The position numbers were made by a program, and so were the translations under genes. Positions 29,660 through 39,910 of a stretch of DNA of 64,000 bases are shown here, one piece after another. The stretch is from assembly GCA_033852155.1 (NCBI GenBank), contig JAWSVA010000008.1:1612-65611 (forward strand). The letters run 5' to 3'. Each line of letters opens with the position of its first letter. The first letter of the stretch is position 1. Origin of the DNA: Gammaproteobacteria bacterium (GTDB lineage Bacteria; Pseudomonadota; Gammaproteobacteria; QZLD01). The notes beneath the pieces are model-generated. The model ran no database searches, was not told the DNA's origin, and saw only the letters and a program-made list of their open reading frames with translations.

Positions 29660-30904
29660 ATGAGCGTGGCGAAAAAATCAAAAGCAGTAGTAAAGCCAAA
29701 AAAGATGCCGACCTTTGCTTGGGAAGGCAAGGATAAAAAAGGAAATAAGGTAAAAGGCGAGACCGTAGCCGCTAACGCTATGTTAGTTAAGGCCGATTTG
29801 CGCCGCCAAGGGGTTACCCCAGGGAAAATAAGGAAAAAATCAGAACTTTTTTCTAAAGCAAATAAAAAATCAATAAAGGCTGTGGATATAGCTATCTTCA
29901 GTAGACAGTTGGCGACCATGATCTCTGCCGGCGTTCCGATAGTTCAGGCCTTCGATATTATTGGCAAGGGACATGACAACCCGAGTATGCAAGAACTGGT
30001 AATGAGCATTAAAGCTGACGTCGAGCAGGGTAATACTCTTGCTGAAGCTATGGCAAAACACCCTCGCTATTTTGATGATCTGTTTGTTAATTTGATTGGT
30101 GCTGGTGAGCAGTCAGGTGCCTTAGAAAGTCTATTGGATAAAATTGCTACCTATAAAGAGAAAACAGAATCGATTAAAAAGAAAATCAAAAAAGCAATGT
30201 TTTATCCAACTGCGGTATTAGTTGTTGCATTTATAGTTACAACAGTCTTACTTGTATGGGTTGTGCCACAGTTTGCCGAGATTTTTAGCAGTTTTGGAGC
30301 TGAGTTGCCTGCATTTACAAAGTTTGTAATGATGTTATCTGATGTGTTTATTGCATATTGGTATTTAATATTTGGCGGAATAATTCTTTCTGTCTTTGCC
30401 TTTATTGAGGGTAAACGGCGTTCTCCAAAATTTAGATTCCTTATAGATAGAGTTATGTTACGCATGCCTGTTTTTGGGTCGCTATTGCATAAAGCAGCGG
30501 TAGCACGCTTTGCGCGCACACTTGCAACAATGTTTGCTGCTGGTGTGCCTTTAGTTGAGTCGCTTGATTCAGTTGCTGGGGCTGCAGGTAATATTGTTTA
30601 TACGAATGCAATTCTGCAAATGAAAGAGAGTGTTTCAACTGGGCAGCAACTACAACTTGCTATGAAACAGACCAATATTTTTCCAAGTATGGTGGTGCAG
30701 ATGATTGCCATTGGTGAAGAGTCCGGTTCCATTGATACCATGTTGAATAAAGTTGCAGATTTTTATGAGGAAGAGGTTGATGCTGCGGTTGATGGCTTGA
30801 GTAGTTTGTTGGAGCCTTTGATTATGGTGATACTGGGCGTGCTTGTTGGTGGCTTAGTTATTGCGATGTACTTACCAATCTTTAAACTCGGCGCTGTGGT
30901 ATAA
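29660..30904 (+). CDS. pilC: Type IV pilus platform protein PilC
   Basis: 414 aa with two T2SSF repeats (FSRQLATMISAGVPIVQA and FARTLATMFAAGVPLVES). The GTG at 29666 has better SD spacing than the ATG at 29660, so the true start may be 29666. Confidence 0.9.
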   Translation: MSVAKKSKAVVKPKKMPTFAWEGKDKKGNKVKGETVAANAMLVKADLRRQGVTPGKIRKKSELFSKANKKSIKAVDIAIFSRQLATMISAGVPIVQAFDIIGKGHDNPSMQELVMSIKADVEQGNTLAEAMAKHPRYFDDLFVNLIGAGEQSGALESLLDKIATYKEKTESIKKKIKKAMFYPTAVLVVAFIVTTVLLVWVVPQFAEIFSSFGAELPAFTKFVMMLSDVFIAYWYLIFGGIILSVFAFIEGKRRSPKFRFLIDRVMLRMPVFGSLLHKAAVARFARTLATMFAAGVPLVESLDSVAGAAGNIVYTNAILQMKESVSTGQQLQLAMKQTNIFPSMVVQMIAIGEESGSIDTMLNKVADFYEEEVDAAVDGLSSLLEPLIMVILGVLVGGLVIAMYLPIFKLGAVV

Positions 30905-30948
30905 AATAATGAAGTTTCGATTAATTTTAATTGAATGTTTAGGCTGAT

Positions 30949-31025
30949 GGGTTCTCGCCTTTGCGGGAATCAGGATTTATTAGGTTACGATAACTATATT
31001 GAGGAGGCTTCGGCTACGTTCAGCC
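30949..31025. repeat. REP-like intergenic repeat locus R1 (pilC-pilD spacer)
   Basis: GGGTTCTCGCCTTTGCGGGAAT module plus CTTCGGCTACGTTCAGCC, the reverse complement of the family core CTGA(G/A)CGTAGCCGAAG. Confidence 0.6.
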
Positions 31026-31044
31026 AGCTTTTATAGGGAGTTTT

Positions 31045-31932
31045 ATGGATAATTTGTTTCTTTTTATGCAGCAGAATACTGCTGCATTTTTGGTGTTTAT
31101 CGCTGTAATTGGCCTGCTTGTTGGTAGTTTCTTGAATGTAGTTGTTTATCGTTTGCCAGTTATTATGCAGCGAGAGTTTACTGCTGCAGCAAAAGAGCAT
31201 CTAGAGCTTGAGTTGACCGAAGAAGAAGCGGATAGGGAAAAAGAAAAATTTAACTTAGTTGTTCCTCGCTCTAGATGCCCAAAATGTAGCCATCAAATTA
31301 CAGCATTAGAAAATATTCCTGTCATTAGCTATTTGTTCCTCAGAGGAAAGTGCTCTGAGTGCAAAACAAAAATCTCAGTCCGTTACCCGATTATTGAGTT
31401 TGTTACAGCTTTACTATCTGTTTTAGTTGCTGCACATTTTGGCGTGACTTGGGCGGCGTTGGCGGGATTATTTCTTACTTGGTCGCTGATTGCATTGACC
31501 ATGATTGATTTTGATACCCAGCTTCTCCCAGATTCAATTACTCAACCGCTTATTTGGGCTGGAATTTTGTTGAGTCTATATGGTGTGTTTTCAGTTGATA
31601 TATCATCTTCTATCTATGGTGCTGTATTAGGTTATCTTTCTTTGTGGGCTGTTTATCATGGGTTTAAGCTGGTGACGGGGAAAGAGGGGATGGGGTATGG
31701 TGATTTTAAGCTTCTTGCCGCTCTAGGTGCATGGATGGGATGGAAGATGTTGCCGGTTATTATTCTATTTTCATCCCTTGTTGGTGCTGTAATTGGTATA
31801 ACAATGGTGGTTGTAATGGGGCGCGACAAGAACATTCCTATACCTTTTGGACCTTACCTTGCTGCTGCTGGTTTTATTGCATTTTTGTGGGGGGAGCAGA
31901 TTCTATATCTTTATCTTGGGACTCCCTTTTGA
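31045..31932 (+). CDS. pilD: Prepilin peptidase / N-methyltransferase PilD
   Basis: 295 aa. CPKC...CSEC zinc motif and GYGDFKLLAALGAW active-site region. Confidence 0.92.
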   Translation: MDNLFLFMQQNTAAFLVFIAVIGLLVGSFLNVVVYRLPVIMQREFTAAAKEHLELELTEEEADREKEKFNLVVPRSRCPKCSHQITALENIPVISYLFLRGKCSECKTKISVRYPIIEFVTALLSVLVAAHFGVTWAALAGLFLTWSLIALTMIDFDTQLLPDSITQPLIWAGILLSLYGVFSVDISSSIYGAVLGYLSLWAVYHGFKLVTGKEGMGYGDFKLLAALGAWMGWKMLPVIILFSSLVGAVIGITMVVVMGRDKNIPIPFGPYLAAAGFIAFLWGEQILYLYLGTPF

Positions 31933-32012
31933 ATGTTGTAATTGAATTTGTTGTGCATTAGATGTCGGTTAAATTGTTAATTAGTCTGTGCAAATTTATC
32001 TAAAGAGACAAT

Positions 32013-33416
32013 ATGCAGTTTGATAGTATATCTTTTATCATTTTTTTAATGATGGTTTTGGGGGTGTTTCATGTATCTCCAGGGTGGAAACTTAAGAAGG
32101 TAATTCTTCTAGTATCAAGTTATCTGTTTTATGCGGCTTGGTCCCCTCCTTTTGTAATCTTAATTTGGATATCGACCTTAGCTGATTTTTTTATAGCTAA
32201 ATATATGCATCAAACAACTAGTGATAGGGTAAGAAAGCTATTTCTTATTGCAAGTTTGGGAATAAATCTAGGTGTGCTAGGGTATTTCAAATATGCTGAT
32301 TTTTTACTTTATTCACTTCAAGATATTTTATTAGAATTTAATGTGGTTTTCTCTCCTAATATATCAAAAATAATTTTACCTGTTGGAATATCATTTTATA
32401 CTTTTCAGACGTTGTCATACACTATTGATGTGTATAGAAGAAAAATAACGCCGACTAATTCATTATTAGATTTTAGTTTGTATGTAACGTTTTTCCCCCA
32501 GTTAGTAGCAGGTCCAATTGTAAGGGCTGTAGATTTTTTACCTCAGTGTATAAAAGATAAAAAGATAAGTTTGCCAAATTTATCTTGGGGCGGAGGATTA
32601 GTTATTTTTGGTCTGTTTCAAAAGACTGTGCTAGCTGATGCTCTATTTTCACCAATAGCAGATGGTTTTTTTTCAGGTAAAGTAAGCACTAATTTTGTTG
32701 ATAATTGGGTGTCGGTATTTTGTTTTTCCATGCAAATATACTATGACTTTGCTGGTTATTCGCTTTGTGCTATTGGCTTGGCGTTAATGCTAGGCTTTTC
32801 TTTGCCAGATAATTTTAAGTCTCCTTATTCCGCAGTTGGATTTTCTGATTTTTGGAAAAGGTGGCATATTACTTTGTCATCTTGGTTGAGAGATTATTTG
32901 TATGTTTCTTTAGGAGGGGATAGAAGAGGTAAAGTCATATTATGTAGAAATGTATTTATTACAATGCTACTTGGTGGGTTATGGCATGGGGCCTCATGGA
33001 ATTTTGTGTTGTGGGGTGGGGTGCATGGGGGGTTGTTAATAATTGATAAATGGTTAAAAAGGAAAAAGTATTTCTGTCTGCCAAACGTATTAGTGGTAAT
33101 TATAACCTTTGTTTTTATTTCTGCCGTTTGGGTGCCATTTAGAAGCACAGACTTTGCTATGACAATTAATCTTTTGAGTTCTTTAACGAGCTTGAATTGT
33201 GCAGATATTTCTATGATTAGTTTGCATAAGTTGATTGGGTTGGCGGTAATAGTCTTAACATTATGCTACCAATATTGGAGAAGAGATAAAATGTTGGATG
33301 AGATGCTAGATTCTATTCCCCCGCTGGTAATTTGTGTTGGTATTAGCATATCAATTTTATTGATAGCAGTTTTTTCTACCGGAGATAGTCGTGCCTTCAT
33401 ATACTTCCAATTTTAG
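32013..33416 (+). CDS. MBOAT-family membrane O-acyltransferase (AlgI/DltB/PatA-like)
   Basis: 467 aa, multi-TM. ISFYTFQTLSYTIDVYRR, FFPQLVAGPIVRA, FWKRWHITLSSWLRDYLY and LGGLWHGASWNF (catalytic His region). Confidence 0.85.
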   Translation: MQFDSISFIIFLMMVLGVFHVSPGWKLKKVILLVSSYLFYAAWSPPFVILIWISTLADFFIAKYMHQTTSDRVRKLFLIASLGINLGVLGYFKYADFLLYSLQDILLEFNVVFSPNISKIILPVGISFYTFQTLSYTIDVYRRKITPTNSLLDFSLYVTFFPQLVAGPIVRAVDFLPQCIKDKKISLPNLSWGGGLVIFGLFQKTVLADALFSPIADGFFSGKVSTNFVDNWVSVFCFSMQIYYDFAGYSLCAIGLALMLGFSLPDNFKSPYSAVGFSDFWKRWHITLSSWLRDYLYVSLGGDRRGKVILCRNVFITMLLGGLWHGASWNFVLWGGVHGGLLIIDKWLKRKKYFCLPNVLVVIITFVFISAVWVPFRSTDFAMTINLLSSLTSLNCADISMISLHKLIGLAVIVLTLCYQYWRRDKMLDEMLDSIPPLVICVGISISILLIAVFSTGDSRAFIYFQF

Positions 33417-34476
33417 CAGAAAACTGCCAAATGATGACCTGGCAAAAAAAATCATGTTTTCAATAATTGTAGGTGTATTCCTTGTCTTATTATTAGAAAA
33501 TATAGTTAGATTTAAAGGGCTAGAATCCAATGTAAGAGATAATCCTGGGCTTTGGTCAAGTTATAGAGGATTAGCGTCAGATTTAGGTGAAGAAGCAATA
33601 ATAATAGTTGGAGCATCTCGTTCTCAATTAGGGTTAGACTTGTCAGTTATTAATCGCGAACTGGGTAAAGTTCCAATCCAGCTGTCAATTGATGGGGCCA
33701 CCTTTATAGAGGTTTTAGAGAATTTAGCGGAAGATGATAGTATAAAGGGAGAGGTGTGGGTTTCTGCGTCAATGGAAAAGATGATTCCTTGGGATGAACA
33801 TCGTTTGGCTTCTAATTGGATTAGCCATTATGAGAATGATTTTATGGGGTTATGGCAACCAAAAATTGAGCAGAGACTTAAAGCAAGTCTTATGTCGGTA
33901 TCAGCATTGTATTCAAGTATAATACCGCCACAAATGTGGCCGGAAATACTTTTTGGGCAGAGAAAATTACCCCCACAATATTTGATGACATTTGCAAATA
34001 GGGAGCGTGATGCAGATTATACAAAGGTTTCAATGCCTAATTTCTATGTGCAAAGAGTTATGCGTCATTTTGGTGGAAAATTAGGTGGAAATAAGTTTGC
34101 AAATATCAATAAGCTTGAGGAAGCTGTTGTTGAAGCTGTGAAGAAAGAAAAAATAAAAGAGGTTCCAAGCGATTTAAAGCTAAGCAGATTAGTTTCAGCT
34201 TTGCAGAAGTTAAGTGGGAGGGGGGTGAAGGTAAACTTGATAAACTTCCCAAAGAGTGGGGCTGTTGAAAAAATAGATGACATACGGTATCCAAAGCAAA
34301 ATTGGGATGCAGTTGCAAAAAAGATTAGCATTTCTCCATTAATAAATGTTGTTGACTATAGGGACTACAGTAATTTAGATTTTTATTGTCCAGATGGATC
34401 CCATATAGACCAATCTCAGAAAAGTGAATTTACAAGAGAGCTAATAAAGGTTCTTGTTGGGAAATACTCTGTTTAA
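33391..34476 (+). CDS. Membrane-anchored protein, putative SGNH/DltD-like acyltransferase partner of the MBOAT
   Basis: 361 aa with one N-terminal TM. IIIVGASRSQLG resembles SGNH block I and CPDGSHID resembles block V (DxxH). The GTG start overlaps the MBOAT gene by 26 nt. Family assignment is tentative. Confidence 0.4.
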   Translation: MPSYTSNFSRKLPNDDLAKKIMFSIIVGVFLVLLLENIVRFKGLESNVRDNPGLWSSYRGLASDLGEEAIIIVGASRSQLGLDLSVINRELGKVPIQLSIDGATFIEVLENLAEDDSIKGEVWVSASMEKMIPWDEHRLASNWISHYENDFMGLWQPKIEQRLKASLMSVSALYSSIIPPQMWPEILFGQRKLPPQYLMTFANRERDADYTKVSMPNFYVQRVMRHFGGKLGGNKFANINKLEEAVVEAVKKEKIKEVPSDLKLSRLVSALQKLSGRGVKVNLINFPKSGAVEKIDDIRYPKQNWDAVAKKISISPLINVVDYRDYSNLDFYCPDGSHIDQSQKSEFTRELIKVLVGKYSV

Positions 34477-34536
34477 AAACTACTCCATTCTCTACCATAG
34501 TTTTATAATGTCCTCTTCTATTAAATTGGAGCTTCA

Positions 34537-35154
34537 ATGTTCACTATCGCTCTAACTGGTGGCATAGCTAGTGGTAAAACAGCTGTTTCTGACATGTTTG
34601 CAGAAATTGGCGTTGATATTGTCGATACTGACCTAATATCACGAGAAGTTGTAATGCCAGGCTCAGAAGGCCTTGCTGCAATAATTTCAGCGTTTGATAA
34701 CTCTATTTTGGAGAACAATGGTTCGCTAAATAGACGTAAATTACGTGAGATTGTTTTTGCTGATAAAGGTAGCCTTCAATTATTGGAATCCATTACCCAC
34801 CCGTTAATTCAGAAAAGAGCAAAAGAGCTGATTGATTCAGCAAATGGGTACTATTGTATTCTAGTTGTTCCATTATTGATAAATAGCTCAATGCGTGATT
34901 GGGTAAATAGAACTCTTGTTGTTGATGTTGATGAAGAGCTGCAGTTACAGCGCCTTCTTGAAAGAGATTGCGAATCAATTGAGCAGGCACAAACGATTAT
35001 TGCGACTCAGGCAAATAGGCCGCAATTATTGGAAATTGCTGATGATGTGGTAATAAATGATGCAGGGCTTGAGAAGTTGCGCAAACAAGTTCAGAATCTA
35101 CATATTATTTATATTGAAGCTGCTAAAGCTTATCTGAAAAATAAGGAAGAATAA
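34537..35154 (+). CDS. coaE: Dephospho-CoA kinase
   Basis: 205 aa. IALTGGIASGKTAVSDMFAEIGVDIVDTD. Confidence 0.92.
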   Translation: MFTIALTGGIASGKTAVSDMFAEIGVDIVDTDLISREVVMPGSEGLAAIISAFDNSILENNGSLNRRKLREIVFADKGSLQLLESITHPLIQKRAKELIDSANGYYCILVVPLLINSSMRDWVNRTLVVDVDEELQLQRLLERDCESIEQAQTIIATQANRPQLLEIADDVVINDAGLEKLRKQVQNLHIIYIEAAKAYLKNKEE

Positions 35155-35925
35155 GTGTCAGAATGGATTACGTATGAACACCCTTTAAATGAGAGAGTTA
35201 GGGTGTTGATGAGGTTAGAGTTTATATTTAAACAGATTGACCAACTATTGCAGGATGACTCAAAACTCAGCACTCGTCATATTGTGTTGGCTATAGGTGA
35301 GTTAATAGGAATTGTTGAGCGCGGTGATCTAAAGTCTGAAATACTGAAAGAGCTTGATCGTCATATTGCGACTATGCTGAATCTGCAACAAACACCTGGA
35401 ATCGATGTCGAGTGTTTACAGTCTATTTTGCAGCAGTTGCAGGGTATTTCTGCACAGATACATGCTTCGCAGGGGCAGATTGCAGCGGGACTTAAGAATG
35501 ATGAGTTCTTGAGTGGAGTGATTCAGCGCTCAGGTATTCCTGGTGGAACCTGTGATTTCGACATGCCTGGCTATCACTATTGGCTAGAGCAACCGAGAGA
35601 AACAAGAGATCTACAAATTAATAAATGGCTAAGTAAGTTTAACCTTATTAAGGCCTCTAGTGATTTAATTCTTGATTTGATTCGCGGAAGCTCTTTGTCG
35701 AAACCACAGCAAGCTGAAGGTGGAATGTATCAACAGTCACTTGATAAAGATCACCCATGCCAGTTAGTTAGAATTATGCTGCCACGTGATGCAGAAATTT
35801 TTCCTGAGACTAGTGGGAATAAACGTCACTTTACCATTCGTTTTATTGGTAAAGATCCTGAGTCTGGGAAGAACAAACAGATAACTGATGCGGTAGATTT
35901 TAAATTAACGGTTTGCATAATATAG
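35155..35925 (+). CDS. zapD: Cell division protein ZapD
   Basis: 256 aa. [19 protein letters not shown] matches the ZapD/YacF N-terminus. Conserved coaE-zapD-yacG order. GTG start. Confidence 0.85.
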   Translation: MSEWITYEHPLNERVRVLMRLEFIFKQIDQLLQDDSKLSTRHIVLAIGELIGIVERGDLKSEILKELDRHIATMLNLQQTPGIDVECLQSILQQLQGISAQIHASQGQIAAGLKNDEFLSGVIQRSGIPGGTCDFDMPGYHYWLEQPRETRDLQINKWLSKFNLIKASSDLILDLIRGSSLSKPQQAEGGMYQQSLDKDHPCQLVRIMLPRDAEIFPETSGNKRHFTIRFIGKDPESGKNKQITDAVDFKLTVCII

Positions 35926-35939
35926 TGGAAGTGAATTGT

Positions 35940-36137
35940 ATGACAAAAGTAAATTGTCCAACTTGCCAGAAAGTGGTTGAATGGAATGAAAAATCAGAGA
36001 GTCGTCCATTTTGCAGTGAGCGCTGTAAAATGATCGATCTGGGTAATTGGGTTAATGAAAACCATAAAATTCCTGGAGAGCCTGCAGAGGTGGCGGATAA
36101 TAACCTTAGCGAAGAACAGCGCAATTCGTTGAATTAA
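35940..36137 (+). CDS. yacG: DNA gyrase inhibitor YacG (zinc finger)
   Basis: [10 protein letters not shown]...[16 protein letters not shown]. The start is set at MTKVNCP rather than the longer track ORF (35913). Confidence 0.85.
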   Translation: MTKVNCPTCQKVVEWNEKSESRPFCSERCKMIDLGNWVNENHKIPGEPAEVADNNLSEEQRNSLN

Positions 36138-36358
36138 AGCCTAAATATAGTATTGCTTAATATGCATGCTAGATTTAGGTCGGTGCTGCTAGGCGTGATT
36201 TGCTCATTACCGATATTTCTTACTGAACTTTTTTCAGTTTATAACATCAATATGCATATAAAATCATCAGTGCTTAATTTTAGCCTGGGTGTTTCATGAG
36301 CTTGGTATTCCATACACTCGGCATTTTATAAAGATGTTGAGTTATTGTTAGGTGAGTT

Positions 36359-37357
36359 ATGAGTAATCAACAAAAAATAATAGATCTTAAAAATTATATC
36401 GACAGGCATATCTTGGGTCAAAGCGAGCTTGTTTCGCGCTTGCTTATCGCGATTCTTGCCGATGGTCATCTCTTAGTTGAAGGTGCTCCTGGATTAGCTA
36501 AGACCACGGTAGTAAAGATATTAGCTTCTGGAGTTGAAGCCGACTTTCACCGAGTCCAGTTTACTCCAGATCTGCTTCCTGCTGATTTAACCGGAACAGA
36601 GATATATCGCCCTAAAGAGGGGACGTTTCATTTTCAGCAGGGCCCCCTATTTCATAATATCGTATTGGCGGATGAGATTAATCGTGCTCCGGCCAAGGTG
36701 CAGGCTGCATTGCTTGAGGCCATGGGGGAAAGACAGATAACAGTAGGGAAAGAGACCTATATTCTACCTAAATTATTCATGGTTATGGCTACCCAAAATC
36801 CAATTGAGCAGGAGGGAACATACCCGTTGCCAGAGGCTCAGCTCGACCGATTCTTGATGCACGTAAAGGTAGGCTATCCGCGTAAGGACACTGAAAAAGA
36901 TATTCTTAAGCTAGTACGCTCCCAAGCACTTGGTATTGAGTCAGAAAGTTCAGCTAGACAGCAGTTTGAACCAGAAGATAAAAAACAGTTCGAAAAGATC
37001 CCGGAACAGGTGATTTTTGCAGCTAGAAAAGAGATCTTAAATATACATATGAGTGAAGATCTTGAGGAATATTTGGTGCAGATAATTCTGGCGACACGTG
37101 AAGCTGGAGAGTATGGATCCGATTTGCAGCGCTGGATTAGATTTGGAGCAAGCCCGAGGGCAACTATTGCGCTGGATCGTTGTTCACGCGCTCATGCTTG
37201 GCTTCAGGGGCGTGATTTTGTTACTCCGGATGATATTCAAACCATTGCGCATGATGTTTTGCGCCACCGCATATTGCTCACATTTGAAGCAGAGGCTGAA
37301 GGGATAAATCCAGATAGGGTTATAGACGAGCTTCTGCAGAGGATAGCTGTTCCGTAG
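36359..37357 (+). CDS. MoxR-family AAA+ ATPase
   Basis: 332 aa. Walker A GAPGLAKT, Walker B VLADEINRAPAKVQAALLEAM, and ATQNPIEQEGTYPLPEAQLDRF. Confidence 0.9.
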   Translation: MSNQQKIIDLKNYIDRHILGQSELVSRLLIAILADGHLLVEGAPGLAKTTVVKILASGVEADFHRVQFTPDLLPADLTGTEIYRPKEGTFHFQQGPLFHNIVLADEINRAPAKVQAALLEAMGERQITVGKETYILPKLFMVMATQNPIEQEGTYPLPEAQLDRFLMHVKVGYPRKDTEKDILKLVRSQALGIESESSARQQFEPEDKKQFEKIPEQVIFAARKEILNIHMSEDLEEYLVQIILATREAGEYGSDLQRWIRFGASPRATIALDRCSRAHAWLQGRDFVTPDDIQTIAHDVLRHRILLTFEAEAEGINPDRVIDELLQRIAVP

Positions 37358-37414
37358 AGCAGGATTTGTTTTTGAGAAAACAATTGGTTTAAGAAACTAT
37401 TGGTTTAAAAGACT

Positions 37415-38371
37415 ATGGATGCAGACGGTAAATACGGAATTGTTCCTGACCTGAAAACACTGGTTGAGTTACGCCACTATGGCAAGGGGATAAAATTTCC
37501 CCCAAGACGCCGCGTCAGTGGAAATCTTTCTGGTGGATACTTATCGAATATTCGCGGACGCGGAATCGATTTTGATGAGGTGCGTCAATATAATCCTGGT
37601 GACGATATCCGCAATATGGATTGGCGCGTCACCGCCCGCATGAACAAACCCCATACAAAAATATTTAAAGAGGAGCGGGAACGCCCGGTTTTCTTTGCCA
37701 TCGATAATAGTCAAAGTATGCAGTTTGGTACTAAGCGTGTATTTAAGTCGGTTGCAGCAGCAGAGGCTGCGACACTATTGGCTTGGGCTGCAAGTTCCAA
37801 TAAGGATCGAGTTGGTGGGTTAATCTTCTCAGAAGAAAATCATATAGAGTTCAAACCAACTGCAGGAGACAGAGGCGTTCTACGCATGATAAATGCCCTA
37901 TGTTGTTCTGATAAAATGCGCCGTTCAGATGAGATTAGAACAAAAAGTCCAGATGAGGATTTTTTAGAGCAGGCTTTACAGCGTCTACGCTATGTAACCA
38001 AACCTGGTTGTGCAATTTTTATCCTCAGTGACTTCTTCAATCTTAGTGAAAACAGTATCGACCAATTATCGCAGCTAGCAATCCATAACGAGCTTTATTT
38101 GGTTCATGTTTATGACCAGGTTGAACACTCTGCGCCACCAGTAGGTCGATATCGAATTAGTGACGGAATTAATAGTTCTGAATTGGATCTTGAAGGGCAA
38201 GATAACCGTGAAAGATATAAATCCTGGTTCAAACAGAAGCAGGGCGAACTGATAGATTTTTGTAAGAAACGCAGAATTGGTTATATGCCACTTTGTTCTG
38301 CCACCAACCCATATCAATTAGCAAAGTCATTTGTACCGCATAAGTTTCTCACCAAAGAGGTGAATCGATGA
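37415..38371 (+). CDS. DUF58 protein (VWA-like MoxR partner)
   Basis: 318 aa. RQYNPGDDIRNMDWRVTARMNKPHTKIFKEERE is the DUF58 signature. Confidence 0.85.
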   Translation: MDADGKYGIVPDLKTLVELRHYGKGIKFPPRRRVSGNLSGGYLSNIRGRGIDFDEVRQYNPGDDIRNMDWRVTARMNKPHTKIFKEERERPVFFAIDNSQSMQFGTKRVFKSVAAAEAATLLAWAASSNKDRVGGLIFSEENHIEFKPTAGDRGVLRMINALCCSDKMRRSDEIRTKSPDEDFLEQALQRLRYVTKPGCAIFILSDFFNLSENSIDQLSQLAIHNELYLVHVYDQVEHSAPPVGRYRISDGINSSELDLEGQDNRERYKSWFKQKQGELIDFCKKRRIGYMPLCSATNPYQLAKSFVPHKFLTKEVNR

Positions 38372-38387
38372 GCCATGAGGTGAGCTG

Positions 38388-38894
38388 GTGGATATAAAAT
38401 TGGCTGCTCAATTAAAGGATATCCATCTGCCAGCAGAACCGGGAATCTGGCCTTTGGCTCCTGGATGGTGGGGCGTGTCATTACTGGTTATTTTGCTCTT
38501 TGCAAGTCTGTTTTTTCTTGTCAAAAGATACAGGCGTGGTGCAGCCAGAAGAGAGGCGCTTGCTCAGTTACAGAAGATTGAATCCGAATATCTTTTAGAT
38601 AAAGACAGTGGTCGTTATTTTAGTGATATATCAAAATTGCTACGCAGGGCGGCTATTCATGCCTTTTCGCGTGAGGCGTGTGCCGGCCTTAGTGGCGAGG
38701 CATGGTTACAGTTTCTGCAAAGCCATTCGGCAAACGGTGGTTTTATCGATGGAGTTGGTAGTGATTTGGTCGAGGCTCAATTTAAGCCGCAAACCTCAAA
38801 CCTCAAACTTCAAAGCCTAAAACCTCAAAGTACTGGGCCAGATACAGTAGCAATCAATCAATTAGCCGAGCAATGGTTGCGGGGGAATCTATGA
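38388..38894 (+). CDS. DUF4381 membrane protein
   Basis: 168 aa. LKDIHLPAEPGIWPLAPGWW followed by a TM and RRxAL. This is the typical position in bat operons. GTG start. Confidence 0.7.
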   Translation: MDIKLAAQLKDIHLPAEPGIWPLAPGWWGVSLLVILLFASLFFLVKRYRRGAARREALAQLQKIESEYLLDKDSGRYFSDISKLLRRAAIHAFSREACAGLSGEAWLQFLQSHSANGGFIDGVGSDLVEAQFKPQTSNLKLQSLKPQSTGPDTVAINQLAEQWLRGNL

Positions 38895-39910
38895 ATCTTG
38901 CATACCCTTGGTTTCTAGTGCTGCTACCTTTGCCTATCTTGTTGAGAATGCTCCTACCAGCGCGGGCAAGGTTGGAAGATGTTGCAATCAAAGTGCCGTT
39001 TTATGCGCGAGTTTCAGGATTTGGTACCAGCAGTGCTATTGGTAAAAGCTCACAGTTAAAGATGGTAGCAATGGCGCTGATTTGGACTCTGCTGGCTGTA
39101 GCGGCTGCGCGTCCTCAGTGGTTGGGTGAGCCGATAGAGATTCCGGTTGAAGGACGTAACCTCATGTTAGCCGTCGATGTCTCTGGTAGTATGCAGGAAA
39201 AGGATATGGTGCTCGATGGTAAGCATCAAGATCGCCTTACTATAGTAAAAAACATAGTTGCACAATTTATAGAGAAGCGGGTCGGAGACCGGGTTGGACT
39301 GATTTTATTCGGTGATAATGCCTATATTCAGGCTCCTCTTAGTTTCGATCGTAAAACAGTTAATACCTTAGTGGATGAATCGGAAATAGGAATTGCCGGG
39401 AAGAAGACTGCAATTGGTGATGCGATTGGTTTAGCGGTAAAACGTTTACGCGCGATAGATTCTGAGGACAAAGTGCTGGTACTGCTTACCGACGGAGAAA
39501 ATACCGCTGGTTCGGTAGATCCTGAGCAGGCAGGAAAAATAGCTGCAGATGTAGGGTTAAAAATTTACACCATCGGAGTTGGAGCAGATGAGGCGTACCG
39601 CCGTTCATTCTTCGGGCGCACTGAACGCTATAATCCATCTGCTGGATTAGATGAGAAAACTCTGCAGCAAATCGCTTCAGTTACTGGGGCAAAATATTTC
39701 CGCGCGCGTTCTACCAAGGCGCTAGACCAGATATACCAAGAGATCGATAAATTAGAACCAGTAGTGGGAGAGGGCGAGGTGTTTCGTCCAATTACAGAAC
39801 TCTTCTATTTACCGTTGGTGCTAGCATATATTATCGTCATGCTCATAGCCTTTGGGTCGGTATCTATAACTGGCATCATTGCAAACCTTAAAAGTAGGGG
39901 GCAGATTTGA
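38891..39910 (+). CDS. batA: VWA-domain membrane protein BatA
   Basis: MIDAS motif VDVSGSM, LLTDGENTAG, and N- and C-terminal TM segments. Start taken at MNLAYPWF, which has an ATGA overlap with the upstream stop. Confidence 0.85.
   Translation: MNLAYPWFLVLLPLPILLRMLLPARARLEDVAIKVPFYARVSGFGTSSAIGKSSQLKMVAMALIWTLLAVAAARPQWLGEPIEIPVEGRNLMLAVDVSGSMQEKDMVLDGKHQDRLTIVKNIVAQFIEKRVGDRVGLILFGDNAYIQAPLSFDRKTVNTLVDESEIGIAGKKTAIGDAIGLAVKRLRAIDSEDKVLVLLTDGENTAGSVDPEQAGKIAADVGLKIYTIGVGADEAYRRSFFGRTERYNPSAGLDEKTLQQIASVTGAKYFRARSTKALDQIYQEIDKLEPVVGEGEVFRPITELFYLPLVLAYIIVMLIAFGSVSITGIIANLKSRGQI

Noticed and set aside
38781-38830. AACCTCAA-like tandem iterations inside the DUF4381 gene
   Set aside because: The copies are imperfect and short (CAAACCTCAAACCTCAAACTTCAAAGCCTAAAACCTCAAAG) and lie within a coding linker (KPQTSNLKLQSLKPQST). 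This is ordinary low-complexity coding sequence.
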